Shown here piece by piece: positions 26,628-40,252 of a DNA stretch of 64,000 bases. The DNA is from Octopus sinensis (taxonomy: Eukaryota), in contig NC_043012.1 of assembly GCF_006345805.1 (NCBI RefSeq), positions 7,440,001 through 7,504,000 on the forward strand, written 5' to 3'. Numbering within the stretch: the stretch's first letter is position 1; every line of letters starts with the position of its first letter. The notes beneath the pieces were generated by a model, which searched no databases, had not been told where the DNA came from, and saw nothing but the letters and a program-made list of their open reading frames with translations. The translations under genes were made by a program, and so were the position numbers.

Positions 26628-26666
26628 ATCAAACTAGTTTCGCCTTTATTAAAACTCATCAGTGAT
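26628..26666 (-). ncRNA. Minimal type I hammerhead ribozyme motif
   Basis: atca-CTGATGA-gtttt(aata)aaggc-GAAA-CTAG-TT-tgat. Stem I atca/tgat, palindromic stem III ACTAGT. Confidence 0.7.
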
Positions 26667-27054
26667 TGCACACATATTTGAATTGGCCAAAATCAGAAAC
26701 TAAATATTCTCAAATCATTTTTAAAATTTCAAAAGACGCTGTCCAATGATGTCACACACACACACACACGCCCACGCGCGCGCGCATGTGTGTATATAAA
26801 AAAATGTGCTATTCAAAGCTGAGCTAGATTTGATTTTAAGTCTACTGAATGACGTCTGACCTGGAGCTATACAACAACAACAACACGAACTACTACTGCA
26901 AGAGTTAAGGAAAATACATCTTATAAGAAACGTAAACAAAATATTACAGAAGTAAAGAATTTATTTAGTTGTAGAAGGTTGACGACCGCGGATAACCAAG
27001 ACTTCAGTTCAGCATGTTGTTTTTAAACAATGTGTATCGCTTGCATCACACACA

Positions 27055-27131
<77 letters not shown>

Positions 27132-27133
27132 TG

Positions 27134-27165
<32 letters not shown>

Positions 27166-27168
27166 CAT

Positions 27169-27225
<57 letters not shown>

Positions 27226-27642
27226 TATATATATATGCATGTATACATACATATATGCATACATATGTATTATTTATATATTCATATACAGGCATACACA
27301 CTTGTGTATATATATATATATATAATATAATATATATATATATATGTATATGTATGTATGTGCGTGTGTGTGTGTGTGTGTATGTATATGTTGATGTTTG
27401 ATTTTATGCAAAGTTATGCATGAAAACAGTTCAGCATTAAATGGAAGGAACACTCAACACTTGTCAGTAGAGCACCATGTTTATTTTTACAAGGAACAGG
27501 TTGATGGTGACTTCGAAGTCTCAGTTTACCAGCTGTCACGATATGTATGCTTGTACGTTAGTACCTACGTACGTACGTATGTATGTATGTATGTATGTAT
27601 GTATGTATGTATTATGTATGTATGTATGTATGTATTATGTAA

Positions 27643-27715
<73 letters not shown>

Positions 27716-27856
27716 TAATTCAGGATATCTACGTGATACCCTAAATTATAATTTTAATAATAATTATTACCATTGAAGGTTTTTATTTCCATGCTGGCCA
27801 CTTGATAAGATCATTATTTAATTTAAATTAAATTTACGATCTTATCGTTATTTATA
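27716..27856. repeat. ~130-bp dispersed hairpin-rich repeat (inverted copy at 59423-59542)
   Basis: Reverse-complement match through aaaaccttc..aagtggccagcatggaaat; next to (TA)n. Confidence 0.75.
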
Positions 27857-28335
27857 TATAGATATGTGTGTGTGGTGTGTGTGTGTGTGTGTGTGTGTGA
27901 ACGTGCGTGTGTGGGTGTGTGCGTGTGTGTATGCGTGTACGTATATACATACAAACATTAACGCATGGAAAAAGTAGAAGATGAAGTTAGACGGGTTAGT
28001 TTAAGACTTGAATGACAAAAGAAAAACAGAAGAATGCTTCTACCGTTTCGGATATCGGTCCTTCGTCAAAGAGAAAGTATATGAGGAGAAAGAGAGGGAA
28101 AGCAAAAAAGAGAAAAAAAAATGAGAGAAGAGAGAAATAAAGATGGCGGTGAGCAAAGCGTAATTTCGAAGTTACTGTGAACTTATTCCTTGTAAAGATT
28201 TATACATACTTGCATACGCTCACACACACCACACACACACGCACATAAACATACATACGTGCATACATACATACATACATACAAACATACATACATACAT
28301 ACATACATATATACATACATACATATATACATACA

Positions 28336-28381
<46 letters not shown>

Positions 28382-28884
28382 TACATACACAGACACGCAC
28401 ACATACAAACACATATCTGTATGTATGTATTATATATATTATATATATATATAATATATACAGACAAACACATATACACCACACGCATTATATATATATA
28501 TATATATAATATATATATATATATAGTAGAGATAAGAGAGAGAGAGAGAGAGAGGGGGTGAAAATGAGAGAGAGAGAGAGAGAGAAAGAGAGTGGTTGAG
28601 AGAGAGATAGGGGAGAAATATGCCGATAGTTATATAATAAGAAGTCTCTCAATATATTCCGTCATCGTTCAGATATCCCAACAACCATTTATGAGGCTGA
28701 AAACGCCTCTTAAATGGCCAACAGTTTTCGGGCAGGGAACAAATCGATTACATTGACCCTCGCCCCAGTGCTCAACAGGTACTTATTATATCAACCCCGA
28801 AAGGGATGAAAGGCAAAGTCGAACTCGGGGAAATCTGAACTCAGAACGTAATAATAATCCTTTTTTACTATAGTCACATGGGCT

Positions 28885-29465
28885 GAAATGACAACGACGA
28901 CAACGACGACGACCACGATGATGATGGTGATGATGATGATGGTGGTGGTGGTGATGGTGGTGGTGGTAATGGCGATGATGATGATGATGATGATGATGAT
29001 GACAATGGTGATAATGATGACTATGATGACGATGATAATGATGATGATGATCATCATGCCAATGGTGACGATGAAGATGATGATGATGATGATGATCACG
29101 ACGACGATGATGATGATGACGATGATGATGATCTTGATGATGATGATGATGATCACGACAATAGTGACGATAATAATGATGATGATGATCTCGACGATGA
29201 TGATGATGATGACGATGATGATGATGATGGTGATGATGACAATGGTGACGATGATAATGATGATGGTGATGATGACAAAGGTGACGATGATGATGATGGT
29301 AATGGTGACGATGATGATGATGATGATGATGATGACAAAGGTGACGATGATGATGATGGTAATGGTGACGATGATGATGATGATGATGATGATGATGACA
29401 AAGGTGACGATGATGATGATGATAATTGTGACGATGACGATGATGATGAGGAGGAGGATGACAAT
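28885..29465. repeat. (GAT)n microsatellite with 60-bp higher-order unit
   Basis: The blocks starting at 29281 and 29341 are near-identical. Confidence 0.85.
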
Positions 29466-30719
29466 GAAAACCGTCTAACGGGACACCGGTTTCTTAGCCT
29501 TGCCGCTAGTACTGTTCTGGACCCAATCTAAAGACAATAAACCTAACCGACCAGTGAAGCCATCATTTCTATAACTATACTGAAATGGACAGCTCTGAAG
29601 AATGCAGTGAGGACAGACGGAAACATTTGGCAGTAAAAGACAGATATTATATAAACATTTTCTTATGTTAACGTATGTCTTGTCTACGGAACATTCCAGT
29701 GAGAACTTGAAGAAATAAACACAGATTTAACTTAGTAACAATAGACGGCTGGTCTCGCTTGCTCCATGAGAACCAACCTACGTATGTAGGTATTCACGTG
29801 TATGCGTGTATATCTGTCTATTTGTATGTATACGACAGTATGTATATGTACATGTATATGTCATTATATTTGTTTTTGTTGCTATATATATATATATATA
29901 AATTTATGTGTATGTGTGTGTGTTATATGTAAAGTATATTTCCATACTTTTTATGCATATGCGTGCGTTTTTGTGGCAGAAATGTGTGTGATTATGCGTG
30001 TGTATGAGCGAGAGTATGTATATATGTATACATGTATACTTGTGTGAATGTATTTATGTGTGTGCGTATTAATATATGTGCGTGTGTCTGTGTTCGTTTC
30101 AGAGTAGGTGTGTATGCGTGTGGTTGTGGGCATGTATCTGTGTGAGAATTTGCATGTATGTATATACATGCATATGTATATACATGCATATGTATATACA
30201 TGCATATGTATATATGTGTGGACATATTATATTGTCGACTAATTCAATTATTTTATTGAATTTATAATAAACAAACAAAAAAAGCAAAGTAAAACCGAAA
30301 CCATGAAATAAGAATTACAATATAATTACCAAACAAAAAATTACCATTGTCACGTGACATGCAGAAAGATATTTGCAACATTAGCGACATCTTTACAACC
30401 TGCCATCGAAATACCAATAAACAGATTCCTTCTCAAAGAAATAATTCCACGTTTTACTCATATATCTCTTGTTTGGTTTTGCAATGTTTTGGTAACCATG
30501 GAAACATTCCAAAAATTCTTGCTCAGCCAAAATATTGCGCAGGAAATAAATTACCAAAGCAGAAAACGGTTTCAATTGGAATTTCGAAATAATAGCGATA
30601 CGATTCCTTATTTCGAGAACTGGGGTCGATTCAATCGACCAGCAACCCCTTCGTCAAATTTTCAGGGTCTGTGGCTATTGTAGGAAGGATTATTAGTAAT
30701 GCAGTGACAAAATACTTAA

Positions 30720-31170
30720 CGGCATTTCGGCGAGCTGGCAGAAACGTTAGCACGCCGGGCGAAATGCGTAGCCGTATTTCGTCTGCCGCTACGTTCTGAG
30801 TTCAAATTCCGCCGAGGTCGACTTTGCCTTTCATCCTTTCAGAGTCGATTAAATAAGTACCAGTTACGCACTGAGGTCGATATAATCGACTTAAACCGTT
30901 TGTCTGTCCTTGTTTGTCCTCTATGTTTAGCCCCTTGTGGGTAGTAAAGCAATAGGTATTTCGTCCGTCTTTACGTTCTGAGTACAGATCCCACCAAGGT
31001 CAACTTTGCTTTTAATTCATTCGGGGGTCGATGAAAGAAGTGCCGATTGAACACTGGGAGTGATTTAATTGATTAGCCAAAATTTCAGGTCGTGCGCTTA
31101 GAAAAGACTTAGAACGTCGAAGACGGTTTGCTGAATTTCTTTCCGGCTCTTGACGTTCCGAGTTCAAATC
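30720..31170 (+). mobile_element. tRNA SINE family A concatemer
   Basis: Head, body, then a second body restarting at ggtatttcgtc. Confidence 0.8.
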
Positions 31171-31409
31171 ACTCCGTCAGCAATTTAAAGATCTTTTTTA
31201 ATACTATGAATGGTAACAGCTGACGAAAGTGTGTGGAATATTTTAGCCATTAAATTTGATTTATCCTAATTTAATAGAAAACTTTTAGGTTCTGAATAAA
31301 GATTATTTGTAGATTGAATATTAAACTCTGTGAACGTTTGCGGATCTGCATTGAGGTCTCTACTTCTACTTTCGTGCGTGTGTATACGTATGAATGTGTG
31401 AATGTAATT

Positions 31410-31491
<82 letters not shown>

Positions 31492-31494
<3 letters not shown>

Positions 31495-31816
31495 ACTTAT
31501 TCTTTGTAAGCCTAGTACTTATTCTATCGTTCACTTTTTTGCCGAACCGCTAATTTATGGGGACGTAGACACACCAGCATTGGTTGTCAAGTGATAGTGA
31601 GGGGGACAAACACAGACAAAAACTCACATATATATAATATACACACATATATAATATATACGACGGGCTTCTTTCAGTTTCTGTTTACCAAATTCACTCA
31701 CTAGGCTTTCGTCGGCCTGTGGCTATAGTAGAAGACAGTTGCCCAAGGTGTCATACAGTGGGACTGAACCCGGAATCATGTGGTTGGGAAGCAGGCTTTT
31801 TACCACACAGCTATGC

Positions 31817-31817
<1 letters not shown>
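31492..31817 (-). mobile_element. CORE-like SINE family B
   Basis: Reverse complement of family B. Confidence 0.8.
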
Positions 31818-31865
<48 letters not shown>

Positions 31866-32782
31866 GTATGTATGTATATACATCAGAATAAACACAAAAA
31901 CAACGGTTGATATTTTGATTGCATTAAATACACGTGTTTTCTACTGGTTATGTAAGATAACCTTTGCACACTACAAACTTCTGCAGTCGATTCCAATGCT
32001 TACTCAGGCGCGTGCGCGTGTATGTGTAATCTATCTATACATATATATACCACACAACTATATTATATATTATGTCCATTTTTATCGCTATGTTGAGCAT
32101 TATCTATCAATCAAAACACTGAAATATTTTACCTAAATAATTAATGAAATTGTTAAATGCTGGTAGGTATCAGTTATTTTGTATATAAAAAATATCGTTA
32201 TTCTGTTAAGAAAAAATAGTGTCTGTCTGTGTGGGCCTTTCGTTTAAATATGATGGCAATGACATGGAATCCTGTCAATGCAAAAGAATTGATGTCGCTA
32301 AACATTCAAATGAATGTGTGTATATGTTTGTGCGTGCATGTGCGTGCATGTGCGTGCGTGCTGCTTTGGAATTTTCGATGTAGTGTTTGTATTAATAATG
32401 TGTGTATGTGTGTGTGTGCGTGTGTGTGTGTGTTTCAATAAAACTCATAACAACTTTTCTGTTATCAATATCCCTGTCCAATACACAAGGGCACAGATAT
32501 CATCAATTTCCTGGCCTAAACAAACCTCTAACTTTCTTCTAGTTTCCTACGTTAAATATCTTTTTTCCTATATATTCGTTTTCTTTTCATATATATATAC
32601 ACACACTACTATGTTCTTTGCATATATACACACTACTAGTTTTTTTTTTTTTCATATATACACTCCACTATATCAAGTTTTTTGTTCAACTAATTTAGTT
32701 TCATTTTTTTATACACATGTATTTTTTTTACAAATAATTCTTCTCGGTTTCTCATTTGCAAATCTATCGAGTTGAATATTTC

Positions 32783-32845
<63 letters not shown>

Positions 32846-32957
32846 CACACACACACACACACACATACGGGAGTGAGTGAACAAACCAACGAAAGTAGCA
32901 CTCAACACATTTGTTTGGATTTACATGTATTTGATAACAGAATCGCTGAGCTCCATA

Positions 32958-33185
32958 AAGGCGCGTGGCCTAGTAGTCTGGGTATTGCACTGACGATCGT
33001 AAGAAAGTGGTTTCGAATCCCGGTGCTTTGGTGTTTTTTGAGCAAAACACTCCATGACGCGTTGCGGCAGTTTATTCAACTGCAAATGAGTTCCGACAGT
33101 TACCGGGAAGTTGACCTGTGATGGACTAGCGTCCCATCCAGTAGGGAGTGCTGTAACTTCAGTCCATTATAGACCACGAAAACCA
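32958..33185 (+). mobile_element. Diverged tRNA+CORE SINE
   Basis: ggcgcgtggcctagtag..ggtttcgaatccc..ttgagcaaaacac. Confidence 0.6.
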
Positions 33186-33354
33186 AGCTTCGATCTAGAA
33201 TTCATGACAGACCATAGTCTGACTGCGCTCCACATCATTTAAATTTTCGTGAGCATGTAGGACACATCCATCTCATCAGATATTTGGAAGCCCACGAACG
33301 TCCGAAATACATGCATACAAACATACATAAGTTTGCATGCATGCATGATATATA

Positions 33355-33407
<53 letters not shown>

Positions 33408-33495
33408 TTATATATATATATAATACATGCAAACAAACAACATAAGTTTGCATGCATGTATGATTGCAAAACAAAACCAGTTGCACAGTCAGAGT

Positions 33496-33635
33496 TTAGT
33501 GACTATGTCTTCGCAGATGTCAATGGGTTGAATGTGGTACTGAAGAAGGAGTAAGAAGTCCTGAAATATGCACTTCTTACTCCTTCTTCAGTACCATATT
33601 CAACCCATTGACATCTACGAAGACATAGTCACTAA
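33496..33635. repeat. 64-bp-arm foldback containing a truncated hammerhead core
   Basis: Arms 33496-33559 and 33572-33635 (62/64 match). CTGAAGA-agga(gtaagaag)tcct-GAAA spans arm 1 and the loop. Confidence 0.85.
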
Positions 33636-33949
33636 GTTTAGCAGTGTAACACTATTAGATAAACCAATTTACATATTAAACGCATTCCTGGCAACTGGTA
33701 TGTACATATTAATTACTGGTAGGGACTCCGTATTTCGTCTTGTAACAATAATATACTATCAAGTATCTTCCTATTTTTCTATAGAAAAATCTGAAGAGAT
33801 ATCTTAAATGTGATAGTATCGCACCGCTAACACAGAAAGTAGGATATAGTATTGACTGTAATAAAATGATCGAAGATACTGAGATTATTAACAATCGTAT
33901 TGACAAAGAGGATAGGAATGTTGATGGGTATACAGAAATAAATATTAAT

Positions 33950-34395
33950 TTCGTTAATGTAGTAGATAGCAATAAAACCCTGAATACTGATAATGTATAT
34001 TGCAACCCAACAGAATTTGAGAGGTGCATGTGTAATTGTAGGTGTCGCGACGACTGTAGGTGTGTAACTACTACTAGTAAATCAACTTATACTGATATAG
34101 CTGCGACAAGGACAAATTTTAAGATTCAATTGCGAAATCATATGCAGAGTTGCAGATTTGGCGGTAAGACTTGTAGCACCTCATTGTCAGGGGAAATTTG
34201 CGAGTTGAAGCGCCAGGACATAGACTATTCAGCCACTTTGTCCAGTTTCTAATGCGCTATACCATATACTGGATTTGAAAATTAATGTATGTCGTGTATT
34301 GCTGAGGCACTGGTAATTATAGATTGCAAAGGTAATATTAGCAACGAATTTGATGAGATGATCATGAGATGAAGACACGTAAAGAAAAACATTCT
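33950..34395 (+). mobile_element. Penelope-like GIY-YIG endonuclease remnant
   Basis: TYTDIAATRTNFKIQLRNHMQSCRF..STSLSGEICELKRQDIDYS..AIPY..CMSCIAEALVI..DEMIMR*RH matches the C-terminal part of PLE GIY-YIG. Confidence 0.7.
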
Positions 34396-34529
34396 TACAT
34401 ACAAACTTCTGACAATTCTATTAACAAAGCAATCGTATATTTAGGAATAGGTTTTATTTCTAGTGATCGTTTAATCCTCTACGTCTGCTTTACGTCGGAC
34501 TACGTGAACTTTGCCGGGGACGGAGAGTT

Positions 34530-34760
34530 ATGCCTAGTTCAGATACCATAGCTTACATTCGTAAAGCGGTACCAAGATCAGCATCAGGCAAGCTGCGAAA
34601 AGTTTGGAGAGTAATGCAACTGTCACGTAATCTAAAGCTACACCTGTTTCGTTCTGCAGTAGAATCTTCTCTGCTCTATGGCTCTGAATGCTGGTCTCTT
34701 ACGGTAGCCCAACATCATTAGATGGCACATACTCACGAGTGCTGTGCAAACTTTACTTGA
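34530..34760 (+). mobile_element. RTE-clade LINE RT C-terminal fragment
   Basis: IRKA..KLRKVW..LSRNLKLHLFRSAVESSLLYGSECWSLT. Confidence 0.75.
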
Positions 34761-35487
34761 CCGAGAGACAATGATCTTAAAACATTCGCAAGGTCCAGAT
34801 GCCTTCTTGAATTCAAAAAGTGAGATTTTTAGTCGCTGCTCTCATGATGGTAAATTTATTTTGGAAACTTGACCTTCCTCGTTTGTGGACTAGTGAACGA
34901 GAAAGAAAACGCACACAAACTGATCATTCTCGAACACAGTTCGACTCGTTCAAAGGAAGGTAGCTGTATTCCTCTCAGAGTGGAATTTTTTACGTTTCAG
35001 AGTTTTTTTGGGTTTTTTTCATTTCGGAGTTTTTTCAATTTGACCAAGAATGTATTCTTACCTCCTTTAGTAAAGAGGTCATGTGCCTCCGGTCAGCAGG
35101 TCTGATGAGTCGCCTATATTGCCAAGTGCAATTGTAGATGTTAAACGAATGGTAACTTTCTGACTGGTCATAACCACGGATATACTACGAGTATATACAA
35201 ACTACTTTGAAAAAAATGTTAGTGTGTGCAATTTTTTTTGGACTTAAGGACAAACGACCGATATATATGAGAGTAGGCGTGCGTGTGTGTGTATGTGTGT
35301 GTGTGTGGGTGTGTGTGTGTGAGTGTGTGTGATTATGTAGCGTGAGAAATCGTAGAGAATCAAAAAAAATACAGAGTGCAATGCTGGTTGAGATAATCAT
35401 TTCACAAGTTTTTGATTTCTTTTTTGCTTAACTCCGCGGTTTCTGATGCTTTTGATACATACGAGCAGCAACAACGACAACACCAAC

Positions 35488-35519
<32 letters not shown>

Positions 35520-35971
35520 CTCTGTTTACAACAATAACATAAAGCAATGTTTTAAAACATATACATTTAGATTATTTACCCAAATAACAGCACACTATCA
35601 AACCTATTAAAGGGTCGCCGTACTATAATAACTCATCAGGCGTTATTATACTCACAGATACTCTCGAACTTGAAATCTATTAAACGTCGCACTTAAGCAT
35701 CTAATAAGTAAATAAATAAATAGATAAATAGATAAATAAATATATAAAACGTGAACGAAAGAAATGAAAACATAACAACAAGCAAAAACACTCGTAACAG
35801 CAAATGCTTTCTGCTTTTTCACACACACATGAAACTTTACTGCACCCCCCCCCTAAAAAAAGTCTACTTTGCACCCTTGATAACCACCCTGTACCCTGCT
35901 TATTTACACGTCGAATTTCTTTATCTTCTTTAATTTTCTGCAAAGTATGGGGTTACGTTATTTTGGAGAAG

Positions 35972-36010
<39 letters not shown>

Positions 36011-36233
36011 CGTTAGGGCTGGTGTTTTTGTTGTTTTTTTGTGGGGGTTTTAATTTTTATTTTAATGTTTATTTTTATCTTCAAAAGCTGCTCCTTAATG
36101 CAGTGGAATTTAACATCCTGCTAAAATATATTTCTTCTCAGGCATTCAAACTAATGAAGCGTCTTTACATCAAAAGACACGACAGATCGCTTGCAAAAAA
36201 GAAAAAGAAAAATAAAAAAATAAAAGAGAAAAG

Positions 36234-36264
<31 letters not shown>

Positions 36265-36499
36265 CAGAAATGGTACGAAAACTTTTCTAAATGCTCTTCT
36301 GCACTTTACGACTTTTCAAATAAGTTCCTTAACCATTTAACGACCAACAGTACAAGACTGATAACGCGTCCTATTGGAAATTTATAAAAATATTATTTAT
36401 TATTATAATAATTATTATTATTATTGTTATTATTACGTTACTTGTTCTTTTACCCGTTCCAGCCTGCTGATAGTAGCCAGGCTGGGGCCCCAAATATTA

Positions 36500-37420
36500 T
36501 CACTTGCAATACTGGTGTTGTTATTGTACTACGAAGTCAAAATGCTGATATAGGACATGCAGTAACTCATCAGTGGCTGAGGAGTTCAGGGTTGAAAATA
36601 GAGACTGAAGGCTTCATACTTGCAGCACATGATCAAATCTTGCTCACTAGAAATTACCAGGCTAACGTTCTCCGAAACGGTACTGATTCTAAATGCAGAT
36701 TCTGCAACACATTTGACGAAACAACAAACCATCTCGCTTCGGGATGTCCTGTGCTGATACCAAACGAATACACATTTTTACCACGTCAGGGTAGGACAGT
36801 ATTTACATTTGAAAATATGTAACTACTACAAAATTGGAACCCCTACTTACTGGTATGAACATCATCCTGAGCCAGTTGTTGAAGGTAAAAATGTCACCAT
36901 CCTATGGGATTTTCCAGTTAACACTAACAGAACAATCCAGGCTAATCGACCAGACATAATTATTAAAGATAAGGAAGAAAATACATGCAGACTAATAAAT
37001 GTAAGTGTTCCCAGTGATAAAAGTACTTCTGTAAAGGAGTTTGACAAATTTAGTAAATATAAGGACCTAGAAATTGAAATACAAAAGATGTGGAATCTTA
37101 AAGCAAAAATTGTTCCTGTTATTGCAGGTACGATAGGTTTGATTAAAAAAAAAAAGGGATGCCAGAAACATTTAGACAACATCCCAGGAGAACCATGTCT
37201 CAAGGAAATCCAAAAGATTGAGCTGACAATTACTACCAACATCGTTAGAAAATCCCTCTCAATTTAAATGCTAGCGTTGTATTATATTGAGGCTTTTCTC
37301 TACTGCCCTCGTCAATCTTTCAATTATATTTCAACACCTCTTGACTTTCATTTGTCCTAGGGCGCTGGGTATGTCCCGACATGTGATTGCATCAAACAGG
37401 CAGATTAAAAGTAAGCAACA
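36500..37420 (+). mobile_element. R4/Dong-like non-LTR 3' end (CCHC knuckle, RLE, 3' UTR)
   Basis: HQWLRSSGLKIETEGFILAA..CRFCNTFDETTNHLASGC..ILWDFPVNT..RPDIIIKD..KYKDLEIEIQKMW, with one frameshift. Followed by (CTA)/(TAA) arrays. Confidence 0.9.
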
Positions 37421-37429
37421 GTGCTACTA

Positions 37430-37507
<78 letters not shown>

Positions 37508-37724
37508 ACTACTACTACTACTACTAATAATAATAATGATAATAATGATAATAATAATAATAATAATAATAAGTAGTAGAAGAAGAAGAAGAAGAAGAAG
37601 AAGAAGAAGAAGAAGAAGAAGAAGAAGAAGAAAGAGGATGATGAGGAAAATGTACTACTAATAATCTATTTATCTCATTAATCTGTTATAAGCATGTTTT
37701 CAATAGGACGTTAAAGGAAGTCTC

Positions 37725-38080
37725 AAGGCCCTAAATTTGGGGGGAGGGGACCAGTCGATTAGATCGAACCCAGTACCCCTAAAGGATGAAAGGCAAAGTC
37801 GACATCGGCGGAATTTGAACTCAGAACGTAAAGACAGACGAAATACTTATTTCTTTACTACCCACAAGGGGCTAAACACAGAGAGGACAAACAAGGACAG
37901 ACAAACGGATGAAGTCGATTATATCGACCCCAGTGCGTAACTGGTACTTGTTTAATCGACCCCGAAAGGATGAAAGGCAAAGTCGACCTTGGCAGAATTT
38001 GAACTCAGAACGTAACGGCAGACGAAATACTGCTTAGTATTTCGCCCGGTGTGCTAACGTTTCTGCCAGCTCGCCGCCTT
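37725..38080 (-). mobile_element. tRNA SINE family A concatemer
   Basis: Two bodies plus a head, joined at gaaatacttatttc. Confidence 0.8.
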
Positions 38081-38094
38081 TTTAACGAAGTAAT

Positions 38095-38388
38095 AATACG
38101 ATACTCCGTCGGTTAAGACGACAAGGATTCTAGTTGATCTGAAATTAACGTGCAAATGGCTGAGCACTCCACTGACACGTGTACCTTTAACGTAGGTCTC
38201 AAAGAGATTCAGCCTAACACAGAGTGTGACAAGGCTGGCCCTTTGAAATACAGGTAATACTCATGTTTGCCAGCTGAATGGACTGGAGCAACGTGAAATA
38301 AAGTGTCTTGCTCAAGGTCACGATTCGTCGCCGGGAATTGAACTCACGACCTTGCGAATACCCTAACCACTAAGCCACACGCCTTCAT
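38095..38388 (-). mobile_element. tRNA+CORE SINE with a different 3' tail
   Basis: Shares gactggagcaacgtgaaataaagtgtcttgctc with family C but has a distinct tail. Confidence 0.7.
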
Positions 38389-38392
38389 ACCA

Positions 38393-38700
38393 AGAAAGAA
38401 TACATCCACAGGAATGACTGTGTCGGAGCTTTCATGTATTGGAAGATATGTCAGTATTATGAAATATCAGTAGAAATGAGGGGCGGTATGGGCAAGCGCC
38501 AGAAACAACCTCAAACGGCGACTATACTCTGATATATTTTGCCAATCCACACAAAGCGATCAAGGATATTGTTGCCAAGAATCCCACGGGGAAAGAAACT
38601 GGATCCTAATCAAAATATCAGCCCCGACAGATGATAATATATCTCTTGAAGAAAATGAAGAATTAACCAAGTATGAAAATTGCGGAAACGGAGGAAATCC
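38393..38700 (+). mobile_element. Decayed R4-like RLE fragment
   Basis: KKEYIHRNDCVGAFMYWKICQYYEI..ATIL*..IHT..SLEENEELTKYE. Confidence 0.6.
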
Positions 38701-38804
38701 AGTTGTGACAGCTAGAGATAACCCGTATATGACGCGCATGCACTTTAACGTTTGGCGACATAAAAATCCCTGTAATAATAGGTGACTTGGGAATGACAGA
38801 ATGC

Positions 38805-40037
38805 ATAAATGAATAAATAAATAAATGAATAAATAAATAAATAAATAAATATGTAAATAAATAAATTTGTAAATAAATAAATAAATGAATAAATAAATAA
38901 ATAAATATGTAAATAAATAAATTTGTAAATAAATAAATAAATGAATAAATAAATAAATGAATAAATAAATAAATAAATAAATATGTAAATAAATAAATTT
39001 GTAAATAAATAAATAAATGAATAAATAAATAAATAAATAAATATGTAAATAAATAAATTTGTAAATAAATAAATAAATGAATAAATAAATAAATAAATAA
39101 ATATGTAAATAAATAAATTTGTAAATAAATAAATAAATGAATAAATAAATAAATGAATAAATAAATAAATAAATAAAAAATATGTAATAAATAAATTTGT
39201 AAATAATAATAAATGAATAAATAAATAATAATAAATATTAAATAATAAATATTGTTTTTTAGTAATAAATAAATAATGAATAAATAAATAAATAAATAAA
39301 TATGTAAATAAATAAATTTGTAAATAAATAAAAATGAAATAATGAATAAATAAATAAATGAATAAATAATAAATAAATAATGTAAATAAATAAATTTGTA
39401 AATAAATAAATAATGAATAAATAAATAAATAATAAATATGTAAATAATAAATTTGTAAATAAATAAATAAATGAATAAATAAATAAATAAATAAATATGT
39501 AAATAAATAATTTGTAAATAAATAAATGAATAAATAAATAAATAAATAATATGTAAATAAATAAATTTGTAAATAAATAAATAAATGAATAAATAAATAA
39601 ATGAATAAATAAATAAATAAATAAATATGTAAATAAATAAATTTGTAAAGAATAAATAAATGAATAAATAAATAAATAAATAAATATGTAAATAATAAAT
39701 TTGTAAATAAATAACTAAATGAATAAATAATAAATGAATAAATAAATAAATAAATAAATATGTAAATAAATAAATTTGTAAATAAAAAATAAATGAATAA
39801 ATAAATAAATGAATAATAAATAAATAAATAAATATGTAAATAAATAAATTTGTAAATAATAAATAAATGATAAATAAATAAATAAATAAATATGTAAATA
39901 AATAAATTGTAAATAAATGATAAATAAATATGTAAATAAATAAATAAATGAATAAATAAATAAATAAATAAATATGTAAATAAATAAATAAATGAATAAA
40001 TAAATAAATAAATAAATATGTAAATAAATAAATAAAT
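38805..40037. repeat. (TAAA)n-derived minisatellite with ~60-bp higher-order unit
   Basis: Perfect 60-bp units at 39001 and 39061, about 20 copies. Source of the 431-aa pseudo-ORF. Confidence 0.95.
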
Positions 40038-40160
40038 CATGCAGCTGTGTCAGAGGAAAGGTGCAGAAGGAAGTATCGCACGAAAGGAGTCCACAGATGT
40101 AGTAGGAGTAATAGTAGTAATAGTGGTAGTGGTATTGGTGGTGGTAGTAGTGGTGGTGGT

Positions 40161-40192
<32 letters not shown>

Positions 40193-40209
40193 AGTAGCAG
40201 TAGTAGTAA

Positions 40210-40252
<43 letters not shown>

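Noticed and set aside
28791-29478. Poly-Met/Ile/Ser ORFs
   Set aside because: (GAT)n microsatellite.
38745-40040. 431-aa minus ORF (IYLF repeats)
   Set aside because: Translation of the (TAAA)n minisatellite; no stops simply because of its composition.
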